From a virus, in IMG/VR virus record IMGVR_UViG_3300045988_119787, positions 1 through 64,000 of that record: DNA of 64,000 nt, one strand, 5' to 3'. The stretch's first letter is position 1. The number at the start of each line of letters is the position of its first letter. The position numbers were made by a program, and so were the translations under genes. A model generated the notes under the pieces. The model was given only the letters and a program-made list of their open reading frames with translations. It searched no databases and was not told the origin of the DNA. Positions 54,547 through 63,550 of this stretch are shown piece by piece.

Positions 54547-54780
54547 CTACTTCTTTTTACGACAAGGACAACTCTCTGCGTGAACAACGCAAACACCATG
54601 TTTCGTGTCCACAATCAGATAATCATGTCCTTCCTCTGTGAATACTGACATACCAATCTTCTTTGCAGGTGCATTGCTATTAGCCAACGAGCGAATGCCC
54701 TCAAATATCAATGCTCCTACAAGCAAACACAAGACGAACCAAACGGCTGACTTGATTAAGTTTAAAATCTTATTCTTCAT
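54547..54780 (-). CDS. small membrane protein (77 aa)
   Basis: TM helix AVWFVLCLLVGALIF. Confidence 0.5.
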   Translation of the reverse strand: MKNKILNLIKSAVWFVLCLLVGALIFEGIRSLANSNAPAKKIGMSVFTEEGHDYLIVDTKHGVCVVHAESCPCRKKK

Positions 54781-54792
54781 AAGCTATTTCTT

Positions 54793-55167
54793 TTAATCGA
54801 ATTTATTACCAATTCTTTCTATCCTACAAACTTCTATAACATCGTGAAGCTTATAAGAATGTTTATTATAGCAGACCACCATAAAAGAGTATTTACCTTC
54901 CGACCAAATCACTTCGGCAGTATAGCTAAACCCTACGAAATGTATTAGGTCGTGCTCAAAGATTTCTTTTCCTTTGCAGTCTTTCAGTCCTGTGAACTGG
55001 CAGATTGTATCTGTATCAACTTCATAAGTGATATTTCTGTTCAACATACTTTCTTCTTGACGATTTTCGATGATGTAGGTATTACCACATTCGGCATAGA
55101 AGTAACCTTCAACCCACTTGCCATTATCAAGACGTTTAGCCTTGAACTTGATATTTTCTATTTTCAT
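54793..55167 (-). CDS. YopX-like protein (124 aa)
   Basis: KFKAKRLDNGKWVEGYF ... ICQFTGLKDCKGKEIFEHDLI is the typical YopX pattern. Confidence 0.65.
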   Translation of the reverse strand: MKIENIKFKAKRLDNGKWVEGYFYAECGNTYIIENRQEESMLNRNITYEVDTDTICQFTGLKDCKGKEIFEHDLIHFVGFSYTAEVIWSEGKYSFMVVCYNKHSYKLHDVIEVCRIERIGNKFD

Positions 55168-55170
55168 AAG

Positions 55171-55449
55171 CTATCTTAAAATCTTAATTTTGATACCTAA
55201 GTACTTTTCCATTTCTTTCAACCCATTTTCGTTTACACTATAATAATATATATCACGAGGAGATCCACTACCATAAGGCTGAATACTTCTTTTAGCATAT
55301 CCTTTTGACCATAAGGAATCCCATAATGTATCTGGCTCATCATAATACATCACTCCATTGCGATAGGCTTCATAAACACCCTTTTTAGGGTCCTTCCAAT
55401 CTAAGCCAATGCAATGTTTCATCTTGTATAATTCGTCTGATGTAAGCAT
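55171..55449 (-). CDS. hypothetical protein (92 aa)
   Basis: ORF track. Confidence 0.5.
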   Translation of the reverse strand: MLTSDELYKMKHCIGLDWKDPKKGVYEAYRNGVMYYDEPDTLWDSLWSKGYAKRSIQPYGSGSPRDIYYYSVNENGLKEMEKYLGIKIKILR

Positions 55450-55454
55450 GGCTA

Positions 55455-55637
55455 TTATTCTTTAAAATACGACTTTATTTTATTCCAAACTTCCTTTGGT
55501 GAATAATGGCACATGACGTATATTGCAACAATCCCAAAGGCTATTAAGAAAGCTGTCTCTATATCAAATCCTTCTCCTATCTGGCGTATTATATGATATG
55601 AGCCATCACTTCCATAAGATATATAACTGTCATTCAT
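55455..55637 (-). CDS. small membrane protein (60 aa)
   Basis: TM helix AFLIAFGIVAIYVM. Confidence 0.45.
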   Translation of the reverse strand: MNDSYISYGSDGSYHIIRQIGEGFDIETAFLIAFGIVAIYVMCHYSPKEVWNKIKSYFKE

Positions 55638-55639
55638 AA

Positions 55640-56053
55640 CTATTCATCAATTTTTACACCGAACGGAGTTCCGTCGGCAAATAACAAATTCTTAAAGCTA
55701 CTTTCAAATGTCTCATCTTCATATCCACGGAAGTGACAGCCATTAGTAACTAAGCATGTAAATGCACGATGTGTTTGATAATTAGCAAAGTACTTATCTT
55801 TAACAACACCAAACGGCTGATGCTTCATCATTTCCTCCCAGCACTCTTCTGCTTGGCAAAAAGGGCGGTACTTTTGTTCTGGCTTAATGCGATACTCTGT
55901 ATTATTCCAAAACACAATCTCTTTCATTTCCGTCCAATCATTCGGAACATCTGTACCTTCTATGAAACTTGGTTTTGTCCTACACTCAATTACCTTTCCT
56001 TCTGCAAAAGCTTTCATGATAGGATAAAATTCTTTAGCTTGATTTCTGTCCAT
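55640..56053 (-). CDS. hypothetical protein (137 aa)
   Basis: ORF track. Confidence 0.55.
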   Translation of the reverse strand: MDRNQAKEFYPIMKAFAEGKVIECRTKPSFIEGTDVPNDWTEMKEIVFWNNTEYRIKPEQKYRPFCQAEECWEEMMKHQPFGVVKDKYFANYQTHRAFTCLVTNGCHFRGYEDETFESSFKNLLFADGTPFGVKIDE

Positions 56054-56066
56054 ATTACTTTACTTA

Positions 56067-56174
56067 TTAATTATCATCATTATTTGCAGGGCAATTGGAA
56101 TACTCTGGGCAATAGTCACAAGACTGCCCATCTTTAAGTCTCCAACACGTATAGCCTTCGTAAGGTTCTGTCAT
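56067..56174 (-). CDS. tiny Cys-rich ORF (35 aa from MTEPYEG)
   Basis: Track ORF 56067..56303, trimmed to the ATG that abuts the upstream stop at 56176. Confidence 0.3.
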   Translation of the reverse strand: MTEPYEGYTCWRLKDGQSCDYCPEYSNCPANNDDN

Positions 56175-56175
56175 A

Positions 56176-56520
56176 TCAATCCTCCAATTTCTTAATAGGT
56201 TTCCAATGAGTGATACGAGCCATTCTCCCTTCCCATAAGATGATGAAGTCATTACCATCTTTTGGGACGGTAGTGCTTTCCACTCTTCTGTTTTTAAAAA
56301 CATTATCAGGTGACATCTTACTTGTTACAAAGACTTCTTCTCCATAAGGTGGCAACCCATCCTCAACAGATACCCAGTCAGACTTGGAGATTTCCTTCAA
56401 GACTACCTGCAATGTGTTTATGATGTAACTTTTTACATTTCCTTGTATGTAGTCATCATCTGTAACTTTTGTAAAACGGATAGTTTTCTCTATCAGCTTT
56501 TCAACTTTCTTCTTATCCAT
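56176..56520 (-). CDS. DUF551-like phage protein (114 aa)
   Basis: The DWVSVEDGLPPYGEEVFV motif is characteristic of DUF551. Confidence 0.5.
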   Translation of the reverse strand: MDKKKVEKLIEKTIRFTKVTDDDYIQGNVKSYIINTLQVVLKEISKSDWVSVEDGLPPYGEEVFVTSKMSPDNVFKNRRVESTTVPKDGNDFIILWEGRMARITHWKPIKKLED

Positions 56521-56522
56521 AG

Positions 56523-56828
56523 TTATAAATTAAAATATTCACGTATCTGCTCACCTGTCATGCGATATACCTCAGATATTCGGCAGTCTCTAATTGGGCT
56601 ATCCCATGCACTGATATATTCATCATTACAACTACCATCAGCAACACGCTCTACGGCTTCTTCTAATCCTGTTGCAAAGCAAACGCTTAAAAGTTCCTTT
56701 TCCTCGTCACTAAGCCCTTTTCCTTCCAAAGCAATATTTAGAGCGATTTGCAACTCGTCATGAGCCTTATCTGAATAGCCTATAGCCTTATCAATATGAC
56801 TATTGATTGATTTCTCTTTCTTATCCAT
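56523..56828 (-). CDS. hypothetical protein (101 aa)
   Basis: ORF track. Confidence 0.5.
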   Translation of the reverse strand: MDKKEKSINSHIDKAIGYSDKAHDELQIALNIALEGKGLSDEEKELLSVCFATGLEEAVERVADGSCNDEYISAWDSPIRDCRISEVYRMTGEQIREYFNL

Positions 56829-56852
56829 AGTTCTATATTGTTTCTTGTTTAA

Positions 56853-56981
56853 TCACTTCGTCAAGCCTTGCCCCATCTTCTGAATGATGTTGTCAATAGT
56901 TTTGCCTTGATAGTCGGCAGCTATCTCTTGGAGGATGCGAGTTGGCTTGTTAGTCTGAATCTGTTTGATACTGTTATACAT
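56853..56981 (-). CDS. small ORF (42 aa) below the track threshold
   Basis: Hand translation MYNSIKQIQTNKPTRILQEIAADYQGKTIDNIIQKMGQGLTK. ATG overlaps the upstream stop (ATGTATAA). Confidence 0.3.
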   Translation of the reverse strand: MYNSIKQIQTNKPTRILQEIAADYQGKTIDNIIQKMGQGLTK

Positions 56982-57426
56982 TAATTCTTTCTCTCATTTT
57001 CAGTGCTTCCTCAAAAGGTATATAACGACCATTCTTTGCAAGTATAAACACTTTACTCATATCCATTTCTGTAAAATTGCAAGAAGTAGTATCATATCTA
57101 TTACAAATACAATGTTGCTCTTTATCATATTCTTTTGGTGGCATCCATAGCGTATGGCACAGTTTACTCATCTCTGAGTCTTCCCCACCACCACATAAGA
57201 CGCAACCACCCTTGCCTAGAAAGCACACCTGTTTAGTGTCTTCTTCTTTTTTATTGAAAGAAACTATAAGTTTTGTTGAACTATACAAGTCCGTAGTCTC
57301 ATGAGGATAGAACGAGCATTTTTTACCTTCTTTGTCTATGCCTTTAACGAGATAGTAGCCATTATCAATCTCGTCCATATAAGCATCATATAAAATTTCT
57401 CCTGTCTTTTTTACTTTTGCGTACAT
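56974..57426 (-). CDS. Cys-rich (zinc-binding-like) hypothetical protein (150 aa)
   Basis: CFLGKGGCVLCGGG ... CHTLW ... HCICNRYDTTSC. Confidence 0.55.
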   Translation of the reverse strand: MYAKVKKTGEILYDAYMDEIDNGYYLVKGIDKEGKKCSFYPHETTDLYSSTKLIVSFNKKEEDTKQVCFLGKGGCVLCGGGEDSEMSKLCHTLWMPPKEYDKEQHCICNRYDTTSCNFTEMDMSKVFILAKNGRYIPFEEALKMRERINV

Positions 57427-57472
57427 ATTCTTCTTAATTATCCCTCTCCCTTTTACAGAAGAGGGCGGTTAG

Positions 57473-57649
57473 TTACTTTTTATGATGGTCAACACCAGTT
57501 GTTTGCCATCTAATATAATTTATAAATTTCGGTGTTAGGCTATCATCCTGCGACCAAAATAAAACTATGAATATCCATATAAATGGTAATAAGAGTACCG
57601 TTATTAACATGAATAATAATGGGTATCTTTTACCTTTGCATTCAAACAT
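57473..57649 (-). CDS. small membrane ORF (58 aa) below the track threshold
   Basis: Hand translation MFECKGKRYPLLFMLITVLLLPFIWIFIVLFWSQDD... Confidence 0.35.
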   Translation of the reverse strand: MFECKGKRYPLLFMLITVLLLPFIWIFIVLFWSQDDSLTPKFINYIRWQTTGVDHHKK

Positions 57650-57676
57650 AATCTATCTATTTATGCCCGAAGGCGG

Positions 57677-57823
57677 TTAATCACCTAATCTTCTATCTAT
57701 TGCTTTTATCACTTCTTGTATGGAAGCTGCCTCATCGTTGGTTTTTGTATATCGTCTTTTAAATATCATCAACATATTTTTAAGGCGAATAAAATCCGTT
57801 CTCAACAACTTATCATTTCCCAT
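57677..57823 (-). CDS. small ORF (48 aa) below the track threshold
   Basis: Hand translation MGNDKLLRTDFIRLKNMLMIFKRRYTKTNDEAASIQEVIKAIDRRLGD. Confidence 0.3.
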   Translation of the reverse strand: MGNDKLLRTDFIRLKNMLMIFKRRYTKTNDEAASIQEVIKAIDRRLGD

Positions 57824-57825
57824 AC

Positions 57826-58080
57826 CTACACCTCCATTTCTGAGTTAAGTCCTAGACCGAAGAGAAGGTGCTGGAGTTCGTGGATATAATGTATCTCCAT
57901 TATAAAGATTCTGTTAATAGCAACGTATATATTTTCGCTAAGCTCTATTGTTAAGGGAATATCGTTAACGTTCTTCTCAAAGAATTTCTCATATAATTTC
58001 TTCCACCCATTCTTCTCTAGAATCTCTGGAGTAAGAGGAATTTGGTACAATATCCTTGACACAAGCGTAGCAATTTCCAT
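57826..58080 (-). CDS. hypothetical protein (84 aa)
   Basis: ORF track; overlaps the upstream ORF by 92 nt. Confidence 0.45.
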   Translation of the reverse strand: MEIATLVSRILYQIPLTPEILEKNGWKKLYEKFFEKNVNDIPLTIELSENIYVAINRIFIMEIHYIHELQHLLFGLGLNSEMEV

Positions 58081-58285
58081 AATAAAGATAACCTCTATCT
58101 CCTAATTCTGCACCTTCGATGTTCTCTAAGCAGACAACACCTTTCAGAACCGTTCCATCGTCCAACTCCAAAGTCTTTGATGTGTCTGATGATGTTACTC
58201 GGTAAACGACATTTTGTGCTGTACCACAAGGTATTTCGTTTGTCATTACCAAATCACCTGGAATATATTCTAATTTATTGTCCAT
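57989..58285 (-). CDS. hypothetical protein (98 aa)
   Basis: ORF track. Confidence 0.5.
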   Translation of the reverse strand: MDNKLEYIPGDLVMTNEIPCGTAQNVVYRVTSSDTSKTLELDDGTVLKGVVCLENIEGAELGDRGYLYYGNCYACVKDIVPNSSYSRDSREEWVEEII

Positions 58286-58298
58286 ACTCTTTACTTCA

Positions 58299-58451
58299 TT
58301 AAACTAAGTTCTTTCTAGCCCAAGCTTCTGCCTTTGGCTTAGTCTTGAACTGTTTGTTTTTTACTTCATGCCAAACTCCATAAGGAGCGGTCTTATACTC
58401 AATGAGAAACAAACCTTTCTCAATCTTTACGATTCTATATTCAAAACACAT
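58299..58451 (-). CDS. small ORF (50 aa) below the track threshold
   Basis: Hand translation MCFEYRIVKIEKGLFLIEYKTAPYGVWHEVKNKQFKTKPKAEAWARKNLV. Confidence 0.35.
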   Translation of the reverse strand: MCFEYRIVKIEKGLFLIEYKTAPYGVWHEVKNKQFKTKPKAEAWARKNLV

Positions 58452-58453
58452 AA

Positions 58454-58615
58454 TCAAAACGCAATTCTATAGTCTTTACCTTTCAAAGTAGGTCTCTTTT
58501 TGAGGATGAACTTTGTTAAATCTTCAAAATCTATCGGGAAGAGTGCGCAATATTTATACTTTAATGTGCAGATGAATCTTCCGTTGAGCATAACATCAAA
58601 TACAAATGTCTTCAT
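58454..58615 (-). CDS. small ORF (53 aa) below the track threshold
   Basis: Hand translation MKTFVFDVMLNGRFICTLKYKYCALFPIDFEDLTKFILKKRPTLKGKDYRIAF. Confidence 0.35.
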   Translation of the reverse strand: MKTFVFDVMLNGRFICTLKYKYCALFPIDFEDLTKFILKKRPTLKGKDYRIAF

Positions 58616-58629
58616 TGCTTACATCCTCA

Positions 58630-59067
58630 TTAATTCTTAAAGATTTCATCAAGAATACTTCTGAAATTTGGATTATCAATTACAGCTTGTGCATCTTCTT
58701 CGTTTCGAAAATAGACGCAGCCATAATCTGCTTCTAATCTAGAATCCACTAACAAACGTCCGGGTCTGTAAGGCTTTACGATAAAGTATTTCTTTTCTCC
58801 TACATTACCCCAGTCTGGCTTCCAATCACCGTTATAATAACTAGCGATGTTCATGAGCTTGTTTATTGCATCTAGCTTATTCTGACTCTTTATGAAAAGA
58901 GTCACTTCAGAACAACAATCTTTCGCTAATAGGGTAGACCACACATCGTTATAATTGATTAATTTCTTTTTGAACATTATAACGCCAGCCTTCAAGTCGC
59001 TTTTCTCAACATCTATCTCCATTCCTATAGGAATATTAATAGTTATCTTTTTGCCTATGATTTCCAT
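58630..59067 (-). CDS. hypothetical protein (145 aa)
   Basis: ORF track. Confidence 0.55.
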   Translation of the reverse strand: MEIIGKKITINIPIGMEIDVEKSDLKAGVIMFKKKLINYNDVWSTLLAKDCCSEVTLFIKSQNKLDAINKLMNIASYYNGDWKPDWGNVGEKKYFIVKPYRPGRLLVDSRLEADYGCVYFRNEEDAQAVIDNPNFRSILDEIFKN

Positions 59068-59069
59068 AA

Positions 59070-59453
59070 TTATCCCTCCTCGTTAATTCCATACTCCTGC
59101 TTGAGTTTCTTAACTTCGCTAATAAACATGCCGACATTATCGCACTCTATAACTTTCATGTGATGCTTACGGGCATCCTCGATAAGATGAGTGCATTCTT
59201 CCGTGAAACCGCAGATACGGTCACCTTCGGTGGTGAAGAGATAACGGTTTGTGTTGAAGTAGGCGCACTGGCATAGATTAAAACCTTGCTCTTCCAATGC
59301 CTTTCTTGCGGTAAAGTCATTGAAGCGAAGGACGATCAGCTTACCTTGGCTTGAATAATATTTATTATACTTGATACGGTCGTATACTACGACTGCTATT
59401 GCTGCCAGCCACAAGACTGCCAGCGTGATAACTGTGATGTTATTTGCATTCAT
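59070..59453 (-). CDS. membrane-anchored hypothetical protein (start moved to MNANNITV)
   Basis: Track ORF 59070..59573. TM helix VITLAVLWLAAIAVVVY. The chosen start clears the upstream stop at 59482. Confidence 0.5.
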   Translation of the reverse strand: MNANNITVITLAVLWLAAIAVVVYDRIKYNKYYSSQGKLIVLRFNDFTARKALEEQGFNLCQCAYFNTNRYLFTTEGDRICGFTEECTHLIEDARKHHMKVIECDNVGMFISEVKKLKQEYGINEEG

Positions 59454-59481
59454 GATTTCTTCGTTTTTCTGTTTAACTATT

Positions 59482-60198
59482 CTATTGTTGTTTACGTAGG
59501 TCCTTGCGATAGAACTTCTTTTCTGCCACCTTTCTCTCTTCTTCATCCTTGTAGAGCACCTGATTAACATCATGCTTGCTCATATCTACGGTGTGAATGC
59601 GATGAGTGGATTGGTCAAGGTTGTTCTTCTCGCAATAAATCTTCCAAGCTTCCATGCCATGCGGCTTCTTGGAGTCTTCGGCTGCCTTTCTTGCCTCTTC
59701 CTGCTTCTTGCGCTCGTCCTCTATCCTGCCACGCTCTGCCAGCAGGTCTTTTTGGTAGGAATCGAGCGCAATGATTATCTCCTGTGGATTGATGGTAGTG
59801 TTGTTTTCTCCGTGCTTGTGCTGATAGATCTTGCCATAATCACCCTGCATGAAGGAGATAAATGCGTAGTCGAGTTCGGCGGTGGTCCAATAGAAGTATT
59901 TGGCGCAGATTCTTGTAGCAAGCATCTGTATTTGGAACTCAGTAACGATGTCGAAGACTCCAAGAAAGGTGAAGAGTTCTATCAGTCTGCCCTTGACCCA
60001 TCCGACCAGAGAGCGTAGCCCACCCTGCTTCTGAATGTCGAGCAAGGTGGTTTTACTCTTTGTGATAGCATCTGTGTAGGAGACTGGGCGAACGTAACCC
60101 GGCTTATCCTTGATAATCGGAACCAAGGATTCTTGCTGCCTTGGCTGTGAGGTTGATAGCTCGTTGTTGTTCATGATTCTGTACTGGATAAATTTCAT
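59482..60198 (-). CDS. hypothetical replication-module protein (start uncertain; MKFIQY chosen)
   Basis: Track ORF 59482..60261; overlaps the upstream ORF by at least 71 nt. Confidence 0.45.
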   Translation of the reverse strand: MKFIQYRIMNNNELSTSQPRQQESLVPIIKDKPGYVRPVSYTDAITKSKTTLLDIQKQGGLRSLVGWVKGRLIELFTFLGVFDIVTEFQIQMLATRICAKYFYWTTAELDYAFISFMQGDYGKIYQHKHGENNTTINPQEIIIALDSYQKDLLAERGRIEDERKKQEEARKAAEDSKKPHGMEAWKIYCEKNNLDQSTHRIHTVDMSKHDVNQVLYKDEEERKVAEKKFYRKDLRKQQ

Positions 60199-60619
60199 CT
60201 TCCCATCTTGCTCCGTTGAGATAAGTAAGTGGGTGCATTCTGTATTGTTTTCTGGTTCCATCTGATGTGAAACCTGGAATAACCGTGTTTGCTACATAAG
60301 CAGGAACGGCTCTCATGCAGGCTACCTTCTCTTTCTGCTTTAGCTTATTCCACTTCTCTTCGGCTTTTTTGCGCCCCTTCTTGTAGGCATAGGCGTCCCA
60401 AAAGTCTTGGAAGGTTGGAACGATGATGCCATCTTCTATAGGAACCGTTATCTGCAAGTCCACGGTCTCCACCTCGTTCTCTTTCGGGAACATCGGCTTC
60501 TCCTTGTAATACTTGCCGGTTGCCATGAATCTTGCGCCATTCACGAATGCTTCACGCAAGGCTTCGTTGTCGGGGGCATATCTGTTTGCCTCGGCATGGA
60601 TTTCCTTTAATGTTTTCAT
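60104..60619 (-). CDS. Conserved phage replication-module protein (171 aa), family not named
   Basis: The FWDAYAYKKGRKKAEEKWNKL ... HPLTYLNGARWEDE pattern recurs in phage replication-region proteins. Confidence 0.45.
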   Translation of the reverse strand: MKTLKEIHAEANRYAPDNEALREAFVNGARFMATGKYYKEKPMFPKENEVETVDLQITVPIEDGIIVPTFQDFWDAYAYKKGRKKAEEKWNKLKQKEKVACMRAVPAYVANTVIPGFTSDGTRKQYRMHPLTYLNGARWEDEIYPVQNHEQQRAINLTAKAARILGSDYQG

Positions 60620-60639
60620 AAGCTTTCAAGTTTAAATTT

Positions 60640-61068
60640 TTATACCCAACCATCTGCACTTTCCAGTTCCTTCTTGCAGTAAGCCAAGCCAACCTTGTCG
60701 TCAATTTCCGGAATAGGTGTTCCGTTCATGCCAGCAAAGTCGAGAAAGTTGCGGATAACGCTGCTTGCTTCTGCTGTAGTAAGGGAAGAAAGCGGCTTAA
60801 AGACATCGTTGCCCTGCTTGTCTTTCTCTCCGGTATAGAAAGGTACCGGCGCTATGTGAAGCTGAATCTTATGCAAAGTATCATAGAAGGTTTCCCCATT
60901 CTTCCATGCCCAATAGCTGATCATGAAGTGGATATATCGGGCTTGCTTGTCAGATTGCTGAGGATGGAACTTCTTTACTTCGATAACCTGCTTGTTGTCC
61001 TTGTATCTTTCAATGTCTTTGAAGAAACGCAGATAGTCGTTTGGATTGTTGAGATTGTATACACTCAT
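60640..61068 (-). CDS. hypothetical protein (142 aa), possibly recombination-associated
   Basis: ORF track and position next to the MBL/RecT genes. Confidence 0.45.
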   Translation of the reverse strand: MSVYNLNNPNDYLRFFKDIERYKDNKQVIEVKKFHPQQSDKQARYIHFMISYWAWKNGETFYDTLHKIQLHIAPVPFYTGEKDKQGNDVFKPLSSLTTAEASSVIRNFLDFAGMNGTPIPEIDDKVGLAYCKKELESADGWV

Positions 61069-61082
61069 ATTTATTCTTATAA

Positions 61083-61799
61083 TTACGTTAGATTTACTAC
61101 AAGTCCTGCCTTGGCGTAATAGGTTGGAACGCCTAGAACTTGCTGGAACTTACTTACTGCTGCATTCGGGATGAGGTGTCGGGCAGAACCGTGGATGAGG
61201 ATGATTTTGCGGGCACAGTGCTCTACGTCACAGTCATGCAGCCAAGAAATGGCGTGCTCCATACTCATGTGGGATAACCGAATGCGGTCCGCTTGTCTTT
61301 TAGGAGTTAAGCCATCTGCTGTAGCCTTGTCTAGCATACTGTCCGAATAGTTGCACTCTGCAAGATAGGTTTTGCAACCTCTGATAACAAAATTCAGATT
61401 GTAGCAATCCGTAGCAAAGAAGATGGTGCCATAGGATGATTCATGAATCAGATACCCGAAGTTTTTTGCGTCATGCTCTACTGGGAATGGGGTTACACCA
61501 AACTTTCCAAAACGGAAAGTGATGTTCTCATACATCGTATCAACACCCGGATATTTCTCTGCCACTTCATCGTTTGAAGAAACATTGATTCCTGCCCTCA
61601 GATATTCGGGAATGTGCTTGGCATGATCGCCATGAACGTGGCTTATAATGCACCCTACCACCTTGCTCGTCTTGTACCCGATAGCCTTTTTCACCTCTTT
61701 CAAGGGTACGCCTGCTTCAATCAGCAGGATTTCTCCCGAATCTGATTGAAGGGCATACGAATTGCCTTGCGATGAAGAACCGATAATGATTAGCTTCAT
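61083..61799 (-). CDS. Metallo-beta-lactamase-fold hydrolase (start at MKLIIIGSSSQGN)
   Basis: HVHGDHAKH (HxHxDH) plus downstream His/Asp positions. Confidence 0.8.
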   Translation of the reverse strand: MKLIIIGSSSQGNSYALQSDSGEILLIEAGVPLKEVKKAIGYKTSKVVGCIISHVHGDHAKHIPEYLRAGINVSSNDEVAEKYPGVDTMYENITFRFGKFGVTPFPVEHDAKNFGYLIHESSYGTIFFATDCYNLNFVIRGCKTYLAECNYSDSMLDKATADGLTPKRQADRIRLSHMSMEHAISWLHDCDVEHCARKIILIHGSARHLIPNAAVSKFQQVLGVPTYYAKAGLVVNLT

Positions 61800-61800
61800 A

Positions 61801-62040
61801 CTACAACAAGTTAAGGCTAATAGCAGTACGTCTCTTAAAATCAAGATTCATATCTGCCATACGATACTCCAGAGCTTCAAGGTAGGTGGTCATGCCTACC
61901 GACTGCTTCACCATTAGCTTATACTGGTACTCGCCAACTTTCTGCAAGAAACCTTCCTTTTTCAAGGCAGCGTTCAACTTGCTTAAACGCTCTACTAGCT
62001 CATCGTGCTCTTCGCACATTCTTTTCTGAAAATCTTCCAT
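61801..62040 (-). CDS. small helical hypothetical protein (start moved to MEDFQKRM)
   Basis: Track ORF 61801..62139. The chosen start clears the upstream stop at 62045. Confidence 0.45.
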   Translation of the reverse strand: MEDFQKRMCEEHDELVERLSKLNAALKKEGFLQKVGEYQYKLMVKQSVGMTTYLEALEYRMADMNLDFKRRTAISLNLL

Positions 62041-62044
62041 ATTA

Positions 62045-62530
62045 TTAATCTTTTTTCGGTTTAATACCCCAAGCAATACATCCAAATCTAACGTCTGTGT
62101 CAATATTTGAACCATTAAATACAATCGCGTCTCCTCCAATAGATGTTAGGGTAATACCGATTGGTAATGAAGGATAGAGATATAGCGGAATCAAACGAAG
62201 TCCAAGAGTATTTTTCTCGTTGGCAACCTTTTTATCAAATTCATCCTTTGTAAGATGCCCCTTGTCTAATGCAGATTGTAAGCAAGAAATTTCTTCCTCA
62301 ATATCTTCCTCAGATTGCCAACGTCCAAAGTGCAAAGCTTTACATTGACTTTCCGTAAGAGTATTCCAATCAATGTCTTTCTTAAACTGTTCTTGAACTT
62401 TTTGCCAAGCATCATTGAGACTTTTGTTTTTATAATCTTCATCCCAATGATATACCTGAATGCATGCAATTTGATTTGCAAGCCATTTCAAAGTATTGTT
62501 AACCTTTTCTTCTAATGAAATTTGTTTCAT
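62045..62530 (-). CDS. hypothetical protein (161 aa)
   Basis: ORF track. Confidence 0.55.
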   Translation of the reverse strand: MKQISLEEKVNNTLKWLANQIACIQVYHWDEDYKNKSLNDAWQKVQEQFKKDIDWNTLTESQCKALHFGRWQSEEDIEEEISCLQSALDKGHLTKDEFDKKVANEKNTLGLRLIPLYLYPSLPIGITLTSIGGDAIVFNGSNIDTDVRFGCIAWGIKPKKD

Positions 62531-62565
62531 ATTATTAAATAATATTATGCCCGAAGGCGTTCTTA

Positions 62566-63495
62566 CTAGATCAATTTACGATGTGATGATGCTGGTGCGG
62601 CTGCTGAAGAAGCAGCGATGACAGGCTGAGCGTTGCTTTCACCTGCCGGCTGATCAATCTCACCAGTCTCAGCATCAACCACGATTACCTTCTTATCCTC
62701 AGCAAATTCCTCGTCTCGCTGCTGCTCAGCAGATGGAGCTTCGTCAATGTTGAGAATATCATTGTTCTCAATGGAAAGCTCACCCCACTTGGAGAGGAGT
62801 CTTCTCAGCACGGTCTTCAATGCCATACTCTCGAAGTTGGAATACCAGCCCACTCCATCGCTTACTCCCGATGCAGCCTGCTTTAATGCCAAATTCTTCA
62901 AGGTTTCCGATGTAACACTGTCCTTAAACTTGACGGTAGGGCTATACTGCTTGGCGTAAAGGCAAACTTCATCGAGCGACATGTAGAGAAGCTTGGAAAA
63001 TCCGTTCTTCATCTTCATGTATGCAAAGTATCCGATTGGCACATTTGATGTGCGAATACCCGACAAGTCGAGATTACCGGTCACCTTGTCATAGCCTTTC
63101 AGCTCGCCCTCATACACCACATCAGAGTTGATGGTCTCGTATTTACCAGTTCGCATTGCCAACTGGAGATAGCCCTTTGTACCCACCACGAGCGTAGGAG
63201 TCAATACTCCATGATTCTTGAAAGGCAGGATATAACACTGACCCAACTGCTTGTTGAGCGGAAGATGCAGGGATGCTGCTTTCAGAGCTTCTGCCATCAA
63301 AGCATTCGGGTTGCACTGGAGAAGGCTTTCGTCCGATGTGGCAAGCTCCATCAAGCTTGTTGTGAAAGTTCCCTTATTCTCCTTCAATGTGTTCTGCAAC
63401 AAGGTCTGGTAATAGCTGTTGTTCATTACCGCCTGAAAGTTCTTTACTGCCAGCGCCTTCTGTGAAGGCTGCTTTGCTACTGCTGTTTCTGCCAT
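62566..63495 (-). CDS. recT: RecT-family single-strand annealing recombinase (309 aa)
   Basis: LLQCNPNALMAEALKAASLHLPLNKQLGQCYILPF...LVVGTKGYLQLAMRTGKY is a typical RecT core. Confidence 0.8.
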   Translation of the reverse strand: MAETAVAKQPSQKALAVKNFQAVMNNSYYQTLLQNTLKENKGTFTTSLMELATSDESLLQCNPNALMAEALKAASLHLPLNKQLGQCYILPFKNHGVLTPTLVVGTKGYLQLAMRTGKYETINSDVVYEGELKGYDKVTGNLDLSGIRTSNVPIGYFAYMKMKNGFSKLLYMSLDEVCLYAKQYSPTVKFKDSVTSETLKNLALKQAASGVSDGVGWYSNFESMALKTVLRRLLSKWGELSIENNDILNIDEAPSAEQQRDEEFAEDKKVIVVDAETGEIDQPAGESNAQPVIAASSAAAPASSHRKLI

Positions 63496-63550
63496 GATTG
63501 TAAATTTATTTTTTTATTTACTAAAGTATTACACATTATTTACTAAAGTA

